From an archaeon (GTDB lineage Archaea; Nanobdellota; Nanobdellia; Woesearchaeales; GW2011-AR15): 64,000 nt of DNA. Each line of letters opens with the position of its first letter. Position 1 is the stretch's first letter. Below are positions 28,678 through 38,033 of this stretch, piece after piece. Location: contig JBDRQT010000041.1 in assembly GCA_043826135.1 (NCBI GenBank), positions 5,234-69,233 of the forward strand, given 5' to 3'. Below the pieces are notes generated by a model. It searched no databases and was not told the origin of the DNA. It saw only the letters and a program-made list of their open reading frames with translations. Made by a program: the position numbers and the translations under genes.

Positions 28678-30756
28678 ATGGCAAAAGCCTTATTGTATGT
28701 TCTAGTATTAGTTATATTCAGCGGATTTGTTGCTGCTTCAGGATGCTACATCGACTGGAACGGCGGCAATGACGGCTGCAAAGCAGTATATAGTTGGGGC
28801 AATAATGTTAATATCAATAATGTAGTGAAGAACACGGCAAAAAATGACCCTGGAACTGAATATATGGCATGGTGCCCTTACGATGGAGCAACCCCTTATG
28901 CAAGAGAAGTTAAAGCTGCCTGCAGTTGCCCTGATCTTCACCCAGCACCTGGTGAATGCGTTACATCTACATGCGGTGCGTGCGGAAATCCTGTAACAAA
29001 ATGCTCGCCTGCCCCAAAACCAGTTTGCGGAGACGGAAAGGTCAACAGAGCTTCAGAAGAATGTGATGATGGTAATTCAAATAATTATGACAATTGCAGA
29101 AACGACTGCACAAGACCAATTTGCGGAGATGGAATTAAGGATAGTAATGAAGCATGTGATTTAGGAAATAAGAATGGACAAGTGTGCACTCCAGGGTGGA
29201 ACGGAGAATGCACTTACTGCACAGATAGCTGCAAATATGAAACAGTGAAAGGCCCTACTTGCAAGGATGAATGCATCAGAGGAGAAAATATGTGTTCTGG
29301 AAACGATCTTTGGGAATGTGGAAATTATGACAATGATCCATGCACTGAATGGAGAGTAAAGCAAGACTGTCTGAGCAGAACAGAAAGCAGGCCATATGAT
29401 GTGTGCGAAAACGATAATTCTGTCAGCTATAAAGATATTACTGAAGGATATTGCAAAGAGAATGGGAACAGAGATTACTGCACCACTGAAAAACACACTG
29501 AAAAAATGATCGAGACAGATTGTGGTGAGACTTACTGCACCTACACTCAGGACTGCTATATGAATGATGTATATGAGACAGCAACCTGCCAAAAAAAAGG
29601 CTGCTTTGCTGGCCAATGCTTTTCAGAAGAAACCAAGAAGATATATAAGGACGAGGACTGCGGAGACGACTCCAAAACTGGAGAATACTGTGACGGAGAA
29701 AATATTGTATATGGCGAGACAGAAAGAACCTGTGTGGATAATGAAAATGACGCATACTGCAAAGTCGATCCAAATACAGTGGTTGTAGAGAACTGCGGCC
29801 CTGACGCCTGCACTGAATTTACAGAGATGGATATTTTCACACCTGAATATGTGAAAGATGACGAGAGCTGCACTGAAAATAATTATCCTTACTGTGCACT
29901 TGATAGTGAGGCATATGACTTTTGCCTTAATGAAGAAATATTGGAACAGACCTATTGTGATGGAAATGATCATGCATTTGAAGAGTTTGATTGCTCAAGT
30001 TTGACTGGTTGCTATGACTTCTCGTTTGTATCTTGTGTCTATTGTCCTCAGGACGATGGAAGCTGTCAGAAGACTTCATGCGAGCGAACAGGCAAAGAAT
30101 ATAGAGAGTATTCATGTGGAGCAGGTGCATGCACGTACAATGTAAATCAAAGTCAGGATACAGATAGTGACAGAATTGACGATAGATGCGATGAGTGCAT
30201 TGATGTTGATCATGATGGTACATGTGATGATAAGGACAATTGTGTTGGATTAAATAACCCATCGCAGATAGATTCAGATAATGATGGTATAGGAAACGCA
30301 TGCGATAATGATAAAGATGGCGATGGATATTCAGGAAGAATAGACTGCAATGATTGGAATGCAAAAATCCACCCGAACGCCAAAGAGATACTAAACAATG
30401 GAATAGACGATGACTGTGATGCCGGAACTCTAGATAAAGGAGTATATTCACCAAAAGAAGCTTTGTATATAGATATATTATACGATGAAACAAGTGTGAA
30501 GCCAGGCGAGGAGATGGAATTAGTGATAACAGTCACGAATAATGATATCAAAGAATTGAAGGATGTTCAAATACTGGTTTCGACAAGCACTCAATTCACA
30601 TCATCCTTGATCAGGAAGCTCGAAACTGGAGAAACCCTGGACAGAGTATTTACAATAAAATTGCCTGACAAACCCGGCTTTGAACCTCTAAGGATCTCAG
30701 TCAGCAATCTGGACTACAAAAGAACAATATATAGAGAAATAATGCTTAGGGATTGA
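28678..30756 (+). CDS. Secreted Cys-rich surface protein (Myxococcus-type Cys repeats, TSP3-like Ca-binding repeats, metal-binding motif, CARDB-like C-terminus)
   Basis: Signal peptide; CGDG...EECDDGN twice; DNC...NPSQIDSDNDGIGNACD; DCND....IHP.A.EI.NGIDDDCD. Start 28678 follows GAGGT (alternative start 28645). Confidence 0.85.
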   Translation: MAKALLYVLVLVIFSGFVAASGCYIDWNGGNDGCKAVYSWGNNVNINNVVKNTAKNDPGTEYMAWCPYDGATPYAREVKAACSCPDLHPAPGECVTSTCGACGNPVTKCSPAPKPVCGDGKVNRASEECDDGNSNNYDNCRNDCTRPICGDGIKDSNEACDLGNKNGQVCTPGWNGECTYCTDSCKYETVKGPTCKDECIRGENMCSGNDLWECGNYDNDPCTEWRVKQDCLSRTESRPYDVCENDNSVSYKDITEGYCKENGNRDYCTTEKHTEKMIETDCGETYCTYTQDCYMNDVYETATCQKKGCFAGQCFSEETKKIYKDEDCGDDSKTGEYCDGENIVYGETERTCVDNENDAYCKVDPNTVVVENCGPDACTEFTEMDIFTPEYVKDDESCTENNYPYCALDSEAYDFCLNEEILEQTYCDGNDHAFEEFDCSSLTGCYDFSFVSCVYCPQDDGSCQKTSCERTGKEYREYSCGAGACTYNVNQSQDTDSDRIDDRCDECIDVDHDGTCDDKDNCVGLNNPSQIDSDNDGIGNACDNDKDGDGYSGRIDCNDWNAKIHPNAKEILNNGIDDDCDAGTLDKGVYSPKEALYIDILYDETSVKPGEEMELVITVTNNDIKELKDVQILVSTSTQFTSSLIRKLETGETLDRVFTIKLPDKPGFEPLRISVSNLDYKRTIYREIMLRD

Positions 30757-30776
30757 ATTGTTTTCACTTGACAATA

Positions 30777-30801
30777 GTAATAAAAACGAAACCTTTAAAT
30801 A
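30777..30801 (+). promoter_or_regulatory. BRE-TATA promoter of putative major surface protein gene
   Basis: GTAATAAAAACGAAACCTTTAAATA; strong SD AGGAGG before ATG 30894. Confidence 0.7.
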
Positions 30802-30893
30802 TTAGCTTAAAGTTATCATTGATTAAGTGGTCAATTCCTTGCAATAACCGAGGAATATTAATAATAAACAAATAACTAAGGAGGAAAATAAAA

Positions 30894-32264
30894 ATGAAAT
30901 TGGGCAAAGTGATGATGGTCTTTATGGCATTTGTGTTTGCTTTGGCAACAATGGGAGCAGTTTTTGCTCAAGAAGTCTGCACAGACTGTTGTGATGGCGG
31001 ACCTTGCACAGGAGACGCAAGAAACACACCTAAACTAGATGTTCAGGAATGTGTAGTTGAAATTAATGACAGAGTCGTGAAAAACGATGTTACAGTCCTT
31101 AAGGCATTTGAGAGAGGAGAAGTCCTTGACGTTAGTGTCGAGTTTGTCTCACTCCAGGATGCAAGCGATGTCCAGATAATGGCATTCATGACAGGATACC
31201 ACAGAGGACAGAAATTCAGAGAAGATGTATTTGATATGAGCTCAACATTTGATGTTGAAAGCAATGTATCATACATAAAAAGATTGTCACTAAGAATCCC
31301 AGAAGATTTCCAGATTGATACAGGAGATGAGCTAAAGCTCAGAATTGAGATTTCAGATAAATTTTCCTCATCATACATAAGGGAATACAACCTAAAAGTT
31401 GATGCTGTCAGAGACAGTGTCTATATTCAGGATGTAGTCCTTGACCCTGCTACAAGCGTTCAGGCCGGAAGAGGAGTTTTTGCAAGTGTCAGAGTAAGAA
31501 ACATGGGCACAGGAACAGAAGAGTCAATAAAGGTTGAAGTCAGCATGCCAGCACTTGGCTTGAAAGCAACTGAATACATTGATGAGCTTGACCAGGATGA
31601 AGCAACAACATCAGAGGACCTATTCCTCAGGATACCTTCATGCACAGAGCCAGGAGATTACTCAGTCGTCGCAAAAGTAACATATGCTGATGGTGATGAA
31701 AGCACAACCAGCGACAGGATGATAAGAGTGACAGCTGATGAAGCATGCGATCTTGTGAATCCAGTATCGCCAACAAGCAAAGAAGACAAGACTGTTGTTA
31801 CAGTACCAGGTAAGCAGGATGTCCTAAAAGGAACATCAGGAACTGTCTACCCAATGATGCTTCAGAACAGCGGATCAACAGACAGAAGCTATGAGCTATC
31901 TGCAACAGGCCTTGATTCATGGGCAACATACAGATTTGATCCAGGAGCCTTCACAATCGTGAAAGCTGGAGAAGTCAAAACTGTATATCTTTATGTCACA
32001 CCTAAAGCTGATGCTCTAGCAGGAGAAAAAGTTTTCATGGTCAGCGTAAAGACATCAGGAGACGAAAAACAGATTCCTTTGACAGCAAATGTTGTCGAGT
32101 CACAGAAAGAAGATAAACCTGCTTTCGGAGACCTGACAAAGGCACTGGAAATAGGAGTAATTGTCTTGATAGTTCTTTTGATAATCCTAGGATTAATCAT
32201 AGGATTCAATAAACTAAAAGACAAGGACGAACCTGAAGAAGTCTCAGGACAGACATATTATTAA
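30894..32264 (+). CDS. Putative S-layer-like/CARDB surface protein with C-terminal TM anchor
   Basis: Signal peptide, three acidic Ig-like domains (VRVRNMG, LQNSGS), TM helix and a short tail ending GQTYY; T-rich terminator follows. Confidence 0.75.
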   Translation: MKLGKVMMVFMAFVFALATMGAVFAQEVCTDCCDGGPCTGDARNTPKLDVQECVVEINDRVVKNDVTVLKAFERGEVLDVSVEFVSLQDASDVQIMAFMTGYHRGQKFREDVFDMSSTFDVESNVSYIKRLSLRIPEDFQIDTGDELKLRIEISDKFSSSYIREYNLKVDAVRDSVYIQDVVLDPATSVQAGRGVFASVRVRNMGTGTEESIKVEVSMPALGLKATEYIDELDQDEATTSEDLFLRIPSCTEPGDYSVVAKVTYADGDESTTSDRMIRVTADEACDLVNPVSPTSKEDKTVVTVPGKQDVLKGTSGTVYPMMLQNSGSTDRSYELSATGLDSWATYRFDPGAFTIVKAGEVKTVYLYVTPKADALAGEKVFMVSVKTSGDEKQIPLTANVVESQKEDKPAFGDLTKALEIGVIVLIVLLIILGLIIGFNKLKDKDEPEEVSGQTYY

Positions 32265-32318
32265 TTTTTTTTAATTAAACTTTTTTATTTATCTATAATT
32301 TGCTAGTGGGGGGCTAAG

Positions 32319-33179
32319 ATGAAACAGTATTTATTCATTCTGATAAGTTTGATAGTTATAAGTGCAGTCTCAGCAGAAATTGTTGTTAACACTGGTTCAG
32401 ATAAATTAATCTCACATACTTTTCTTGTGAACAAGTACTATTCAAATGTTGCAGAGATAATTTCTCCTGCTGCAGAAATCCTGGTTTTTCCAATTGTATC
32501 TGAACAAAGCATAGAAAACTGTGCAAAGGCTAATTTTTCATTCAAGCTCACCAATCCTACTTTAAATACAATAAAGTACTCTTTTTCTGTCACTGATTTC
32601 ACAGGAACAGTTTATTTATCGCCTGAAATATTAATCTCTGGCAAAGAATCAAGAATAATGCATATCTCATTATTGCCTGAATGTGATATCATCGGTAACC
32701 TGAACCCTAAGATAATAATTGAAACAGAAAATGAAAATGCGATAATCCCATTGCTGCTTCATGCGTCTGGCGATGTAATCAGCGAGTCTGAATGCAGATT
32801 CTATTATAATGAAAGCATCTGCAATTCATTATACTACAAAAGATTTTATCAGGATAACAAGCTCAGCCTTGATCTATCTGAATATTTTTATGATCCTGAC
32901 CAAGACATACTAAGCTATAAGACAAGAGATAACTTGAACCTTGACGTAAAATTCAGGAAAAACATTGCCGAAATTTCTGCAAGAAATGGATTTTTTGGAA
33001 GTGAGAATTTCATTATAGAGGCAGAAGATGGCAATGGCGGAAAGACTGAAAACCAATTTTATTTTCAGGTATTAAAATCTGATGCTGTCAGACTCCCTAC
33101 ATTACTGATAATTAGCCTTATAATTATAGGAGTGCTTTTCCTGCTGCTAATAATCTTTGCCCTTAGAAAAAGGGATTAG
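32319..33179 (+). CDS. Surface protein with Ig/cadherin-like domain and C-terminal TM
   Basis: Signal peptide; LDLSEYFYDPDQD.LSY...FFG...AEDGNGG; TM followed by basic tail. Confidence 0.75.
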   Translation: MKQYLFILISLIVISAVSAEIVVNTGSDKLISHTFLVNKYYSNVAEIISPAAEILVFPIVSEQSIENCAKANFSFKLTNPTLNTIKYSFSVTDFTGTVYLSPEILISGKESRIMHISLLPECDIIGNLNPKIIIETENENAIIPLLLHASGDVISESECRFYYNESICNSLYYKRFYQDNKLSLDLSEYFYDPDQDILSYKTRDNLNLDVKFRKNIAEISARNGFFGSENFIIEAEDGNGGKTENQFYFQVLKSDAVRLPTLLIISLIIIGVLFLLLIIFALRKRD

Positions 33180-34313
33180 ATTCATTTCTCTTGCAGCATA
33201 GACAAAAAGTCCTGCTGACCATGCAAGCGGCATTTCTGATTTGTAAATAAACCTATTTACCGGCTTTCCGGTATTTTCATACACTTCGTATACCCCATTA
33301 TATTTCACTATCATTTCTGAGATAGTTTCCATTAATTCCTTACCTTCCTTTTTCATGCCCAGCTTATGTTTTGCAAGTGCTGTCATGCACCCAAGCCATA
33401 TCCATGAAAGGCCATTGTGATAATCTGCAAGTCCCATTAGCTTAAGGTCTGAACTTATAAGGTTGCTTGGATATTTCGGGTGAACGCATGCAGACGGAAC
33501 TTCATTTATATCAAAGATAAAAGCTGCCTCCTCGATGAGTTTAGATCTCTTAGAATCTGCAATTCCCCAGATTATTGCAAGAATATTACCATCAGTTGAA
33601 AAGTAATTGTAGTGCTTATCTTTGTCTATCCAATCAATATAATGTTCTCCGCTCCAGAACTCATGGTTAATCTGTTTTTTTACCTTTTCATGCAGTTCAA
33701 AATAATGAGATGACATCTCTGCCCTTCCGGCTATTTTATTTATTTCTGAAATGCATTCAAGCGCGTGACAATGGCATATGTTTGTGAAAAGAACTTTACC
33801 TTTTTTATTGATGCTATCTGCCCAGTTACAGTAACCTTTCTCTTCAATCAAGAGCCCATCCTTTGACCTGCTAAAATTCCATCCTATTATCTTATCGAAT
33901 TTCTTCAGGTTGTCTAGAATAAAAAATTTATCTTTTGTGAATTTATAATATTCCAACGCTGCAATTATCAAAAGAGAGTTCTGGTCAGTTGAGGGATCGT
34001 TGCTTTTGTCAATTCTGAGTATCGGCATCCTGGGGCTATCTTTCGATTTGAGACCAAAATATGACAGAACTATATCGAGTGAGCTTTTTCCGATCCTGAG
34101 CGGGATCTGGCCATTCGGCCGCATATGATAGATAAACATCAGAAGATTCTTCTTTACAATCTCATGGTCACCAAGCCTGAGAGCCCCAAAACTTGCGAAT
34201 GATGAATCCCTTGCCCAATAGTCCTTGAAATGGTTGAGGCCTGCTAGTATCCCCTGCGAACCATAGCATGATCGTAAATTACTTACAGCAATAGAATATG
34301 CCTCTTTTATCAT
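33147..34313 (-). CDS. (alpha/alpha)6 glycoside hydrolase (amylo-alpha-1,6-glucosidase / invertase-like)
   Basis: YWARDS, WADS, YHNG.SW.W, EVY...AWSAG. Confidence 0.82.
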   Translation of the reverse strand: MIKEAYSIAVSNLRSCYGSQGILAGLNHFKDYWARDSSFASFGALRLGDHEIVKKNLLMFIYHMRPNGQIPLRIGKSSLDIVLSYFGLKSKDSPRMPILRIDKSNDPSTDQNSLLIIAALEYYKFTKDKFFILDNLKKFDKIIGWNFSRSKDGLLIEEKGYCNWADSINKKGKVLFTNICHCHALECISEINKIAGRAEMSSHYFELHEKVKKQINHEFWSGEHYIDWIDKDKHYNYFSTDGNILAIIWGIADSKRSKLIEEAAFIFDINEVPSACVHPKYPSNLISSDLKLMGLADYHNGLSWIWLGCMTALAKHKLGMKKEGKELMETISEMIVKYNGVYEVYENTGKPVNRFIYKSEMPLAWSAGLFVYAAREMNLIPFSKGKDY

Positions 34314-34384
34314 ATGATTTATTGTTAAGTGCACCTATATATAATTTACCTAGGTTTAAATAGCAAAGTTATTTATTACAATTA

Positions 34385-35050
34385 ATGAGCATTCTCTCTC
34401 CAAACTGCAAAGTGATTTCCTCTATTATAGATAATTATGATTCAGTCAGCCCAACACTGATATATGGAAATGCAGCTGCTGGAAAAACTACTTTATGTTT
34501 GCTGGCATCAATCTCTGCAGCAGAAACTGGCAAGGTTATCTATGTCGACACAGAAAATGGGTTTAGTTCTGAAAGATTCAAACAACTTCATGGAAAAACA
34601 GATGCATTACTAGATAAGGTTTTCTTGCTTCAGCCCAAATCATTCAAGAATCAACATGATACGATACTAAGTCTGAAAAGACTTTGCGAAAATCCTGCGA
34701 TCTCGCTTGTTATCGTAGATACAATCGGTTTTCATTATAGAGAAGAAGTAGCAAGTAATCCTAAAGAGGCCAACCAAATGATGGCTGAGCAGATGGCTAA
34801 TCTTGTAAGGATCGGACGGGATCTGGGGAAAATAGTGTTAATAACAAACCAAGCATCTTCAAAAATAAATGGGAGCAATGAACTGAACATTGTCGGAGGA
34901 AAACTTATCTCAAAATTCTGCAAAGTGATAATCGAACTAAATAAGATTGATTCAGACAGGTATGCCACTTTGATAAAGAGCGACAAAACCCAGATTATTA
35001 AGCAGAGACGATATGACATAAAAGAGAAGGGATTATTTCTCAGCGACTAA
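34385..35050 (+). CDS. radB: RadB recombination mediator (RecA-fold)
   Basis: IYGNAAAGKT, YVDTENGFSSER, VIVDTI, LITNQ, VGG; no RadA N-terminal HhH domain. Confidence 0.85.
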   Translation: MSILSPNCKVISSIIDNYDSVSPTLIYGNAAAGKTTLCLLASISAAETGKVIYVDTENGFSSERFKQLHGKTDALLDKVFLLQPKSFKNQHDTILSLKRLCENPAISLVIVDTIGFHYREEVASNPKEANQMMAEQMANLVRIGRDLGKIVLITNQASSKINGSNELNIVGGKLISKFCKVIIELNKIDSDRYATLIKSDKTQIIKQRRYDIKEKGLFLSD

Positions 35051-35857
35051 CCCATTAAAGACTCTAATTATCTTCCTGAATCCACATTTTTCCATTCTTT
35101 TAGTTATTCCGATTCGAATATCCTGATTTCTATTTCTGCTGCCGGGATCCCCTGTGTAATGATAGAACCTTGCCTGTTTTTTCATTACCCGATAGACTTC
35201 CTTGTAGAACAGTTCTGAATACAGGAGCGATGCGAGCGCCAGCCTTGGTGGATCATGGATAACCACATCGAAAAAATTAGATTTTAATTTCAAGATTTCG
35301 GAAAAAATATCTTTATTTTTTCGTATTATATTCTTATTAGAAAACAGCTTAACTGAATAAGGATTTAGTTTCTCTATTTCAATGACACTTTCATCAATCT
35401 CAAACGTATGCACCTCGGATGCAGTTTTTGATGCCATGATTGCCGTATATCCAAGGCCTGTGCAGGTATCAAGCACCCTTCCTGTGCACGGCTGGACAAA
35501 GGAGATTTTCTTCTCTGTATCTTCTTTTGGTGTAAAAGCCTTCGTGACATGCATCCTAATTCCAGAAATCTCAATTGAGGGCCAGCTTGCTGTCGGATAA
35601 AGCTTATAGAATTTATTTGTCTCATCAGAAAATAATGACACGGGAACTACTGTATTTTCTTTTATCAAAAAACAGACTGTATCTTTTTTTATTATTTTTT
35701 CAATATCCTTAAGCGATAGCTCCTGGCCATCCGGAAACTTAAAAATATTGCCGTTTCTAAAAATTTCAGATACTGTAATTCCCAAATCAAGAGAAACATC
35801 AATTTTTCCAACTTTACAAGACAAAAGTCTTTTCGCCTGATATACAGATATGATCAT
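35033..35857 (-). CDS. SAM-dependent methyltransferase (COG2521-like)
   Basis: EISGIRMH, VLDTCTGLGYTA, HDPPR.ALA..LYS..FY. Confidence 0.82.
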   Translation of the reverse strand: MIISVYQAKRLLSCKVGKIDVSLDLGITVSEIFRNGNIFKFPDGQELSLKDIEKIIKKDTVCFLIKENTVVPVSLFSDETNKFYKLYPTASWPSIEISGIRMHVTKAFTPKEDTEKKISFVQPCTGRVLDTCTGLGYTAIMASKTASEVHTFEIDESVIEIEKLNPYSVKLFSNKNIIRKNKDIFSEILKLKSNFFDVVIHDPPRLALASLLYSELFYKEVYRVMKKQARFYHYTGDPGSRNRNQDIRIGITKRMEKCGFRKIIRVFNGLVAEK

Positions 35858-35983
35858 AATTGACAGATGTTTCAATTAGTTCTTAGACTTATCGGTGAAC
35901 TCTATGTTAAATAGTTATCTTAAGAGCCTCAATAATAAGTAAAACATTCATAACAACAGCAAAGAAAAAATGTAATAACTAAT

Positions 35984-36583
35984 TTATTCCGGCGTAAAAT
36001 CTTCAATAGTATGTTTGAAGTTTTTCTCATCGAAATTCCCTTTAAGCTTCAGGAATTCCTTTGTAAGCGCATAGAACAGTAATCCTAGGCTTTTCTTGCC
36101 CTTATTGTTGCATGGCACCACAAGATCAATGTTATTCGCCTGGTTGTTTGTGTCGCAAAGCGCAACAACAGGTATACCCATATGCAGAGCATCAATAACC
36201 GCATTCCTGTCAGGCCAAGCATCTGTCACAACCACTACCTTTGGCTCCATAAACTGTTTCAAGTCCGGGTTTGTAAGGATTCCTGGTGGATATCTTCCGG
36301 CAAAGAACTTGACACCTGTTATTTTTGCAAACATTTTCACAGGAAGCCATCCGTTTTCCCTTCTTGATACGACCAGTATCTCGTCAGGTTCGTACTGTGC
36401 AAGAAATCTTGCCATTAGTTTTATCCTTTCGTCAATCTTCTGGACATTCAGTACTGATAGCCCGTCTGGCCTTGTCTTGTAAATAAACTCAGACATGAAC
36501 TTTGTCTTGAACTTTGTTCCAATATGTATTCCTGCCTTTAGATATGTATCATTAGGCACCAGTAATTCTCCTTCTTCTGTCAT
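35984..36583 (-). CDS. rps2: 30S ribosomal protein S2 (uS2)
   Basis: YLKAGIHIGTK, GRYPPGILTNP, ALCDTNN, VPCNNKGKKS; ATG 36583 after SD-like AGGTGA. Confidence 0.96.
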   Translation of the reverse strand: MTEEGELLVPNDTYLKAGIHIGTKFKTKFMSEFIYKTRPDGLSVLNVQKIDERIKLMARFLAQYEPDEILVVSRRENGWLPVKMFAKITGVKFFAGRYPPGILTNPDLKQFMEPKVVVVTDAWPDRNAVIDALHMGIPVVALCDTNNQANNIDLVVPCNNKGKKSLGLLFYALTKEFLKLKGNFDEKNFKHTIEDFTPE

Positions 36584-36700
36584 TTTTTTCACCTATATTC
36601 CCAGCAAAGATGAATAGAACCATCTTCACTGCATTTTTATCGCCTCAGCAGCTAATTGTTGCAAAAGTCCTATTTGCTATCCTTTTGCGTTCGGCTATGT
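36584..36700 (-). promoter_or_regulatory. Structured 5' leader of rps2 (candidate)
   Basis: TATA TTTATAAA at 36721-36728; hairpins at 36661-36688 and 36602-36631. Confidence 0.5.
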
Positions 36701-36865
36701 ATCCATGAAGATTCAGGCTATTTATAAATATATCTCCTAGTATCCTCATTAGAAAACTATTATTGCCAATTGTTAATTAATTAACAATTTTCAGTATCCT
36801 ACTTTATATTACTAACATAAGGTATTTAAACTAACCCTGATAGCATATAATGTTACAGTTAAACC

Positions 36866-37015
36866 ATGATGCAATACAGCAGACAGGGAATTTATGTAGA
36901 AAGATTAAAAAGATCAAAAAAAGGATCTGTTGATAAAGGCAAATCTGTGGATTGGGTCAATATTTTTCTATTTGTGCTTCTGATTGTTGTTGTAATACTG
37001 TTTATTGTAAGTTAG
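36866..37015 (+). CDS. Small tail-anchored membrane protein (49 aa, not in ORF track)
   Basis: MMQYSRQGIYVERLKRSKKGSVDKGKSVDWVNIFLFVLLIVVVILFIVS; TATTTAAA box upstream. Confidence 0.55.
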   Translation: MMQYSRQGIYVERLKRSKKGSVDKGKSVDWVNIFLFVLLIVVVILFIVS

Positions 37016-37118
37016 GTATTATCTAAGGATATTTATTGTGACTAACTGTTTAATTATTTCTAAGAGAAACAATTGCACATCTTCTGGCTTCATGAACTGA
37101 AAGAAAAGCTGATAGCAC

Positions 37119-38030
37119 CTAAGATTTCACATTCTTTAGATATTCTATATACTCGCTTTTGAACCTGAAACCTTTTGATTTCGCTATTTTCGTCAGAGCC
37201 TTATCGAAATTGCTGCCGTACTGCGCAGCCTTTTTTGGCCTGGAAGCAAATTCTTCTGGAAGCCCAAGAGATTCTGCTGTCTTCCTGAGAATGTATTTTT
37301 TCTGGCCATCCTTTATCTTAAGGTTGCCTGATATCTGCATCGCTGCAAGCATAAGCTCTTTGTCCAGGAAAGGCGTAAGAAATACTACCTTGGTTGACTC
37401 AGCAATCCTAAAATCCCTGACAAAATCCCTGTTCCACATGCCTGAGAGTCCAGTCCAGCATTCATCGTTAATATTTTGTGCCTCCACATGCCTCTCATAG
37501 CCTGCAAAAATCTCCTCGCTACCCAGACCTCCAAAAAAGATCTTGATATTGTCTTTTTTTGCATGCTCAATTGCTGCAAGCACAACTCCACCGACACCTA
37601 GGCTCACAACATCTGTCTTCTCTTTGAGAATAGCTGCAGTCCTTTTGAATAAATTTTCTGCCTCATTTATAGAGAATATCTTTGTCTTATGCACAAATCC
37701 AAGAGCCTTTGCAGCTTTGAGAGATTCTTCAATATCCTTAGACCCTTCAATTCCCACTGTATAGCAGATGAAATTACCTTCAAATCTCTTACAGAGGAAT
37801 GCAATTATTGTGGAGTCGACTCCTCCTGAGAAGAATATGCCGAATTTCTCTTTTGGAATCCTTTTTTTGACTGCATCGGAAATAGGCTGTGTCAGAATAG
37901 ATATTGCCTTTTTTTGGTCACTTATTGCAGGATGCTCTGCTACCTCCTTCTTAAGGCCTGATATGTATGAATTCCACATATCAAAAGGCACAAGCTTTCC
38001 TTCCTTTGAAATGTTTGCCAGTTCTACCAT
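37119..38030 (-). CDS. Asparagine-synthase C-terminal (PP-loop) domain protein
   Basis: FSGGVDS, GLGSEEIFAGY.RH, TPFLD, KYILR, RPKKAAQYGS; no glutaminase domain. Confidence 0.88.
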   Translation of the reverse strand: MVELANISKEGKLVPFDMWNSYISGLKKEVAEHPAISDQKKAISILTQPISDAVKKRIPKEKFGIFFSGGVDSTIIAFLCKRFEGNFICYTVGIEGSKDIEESLKAAKALGFVHKTKIFSINEAENLFKRTAAILKEKTDVVSLGVGGVVLAAIEHAKKDNIKIFFGGLGSEEIFAGYERHVEAQNINDECWTGLSGMWNRDFVRDFRIAESTKVVFLTPFLDKELMLAAMQISGNLKIKDGQKKYILRKTAESLGLPEEFASRPKKAAQYGSNFDKALTKIAKSKGFRFKSEYIEYLKNVKS

Positions 38031-38033
38031 GAT

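Noticed and set aside
29020-30430. DNA tandem repeat or DGR variable region in the Cys-rich gene
   Set aside because: The repeats are protein-level motifs with diverged DNA; no template repeat or reverse transcriptase was seen.
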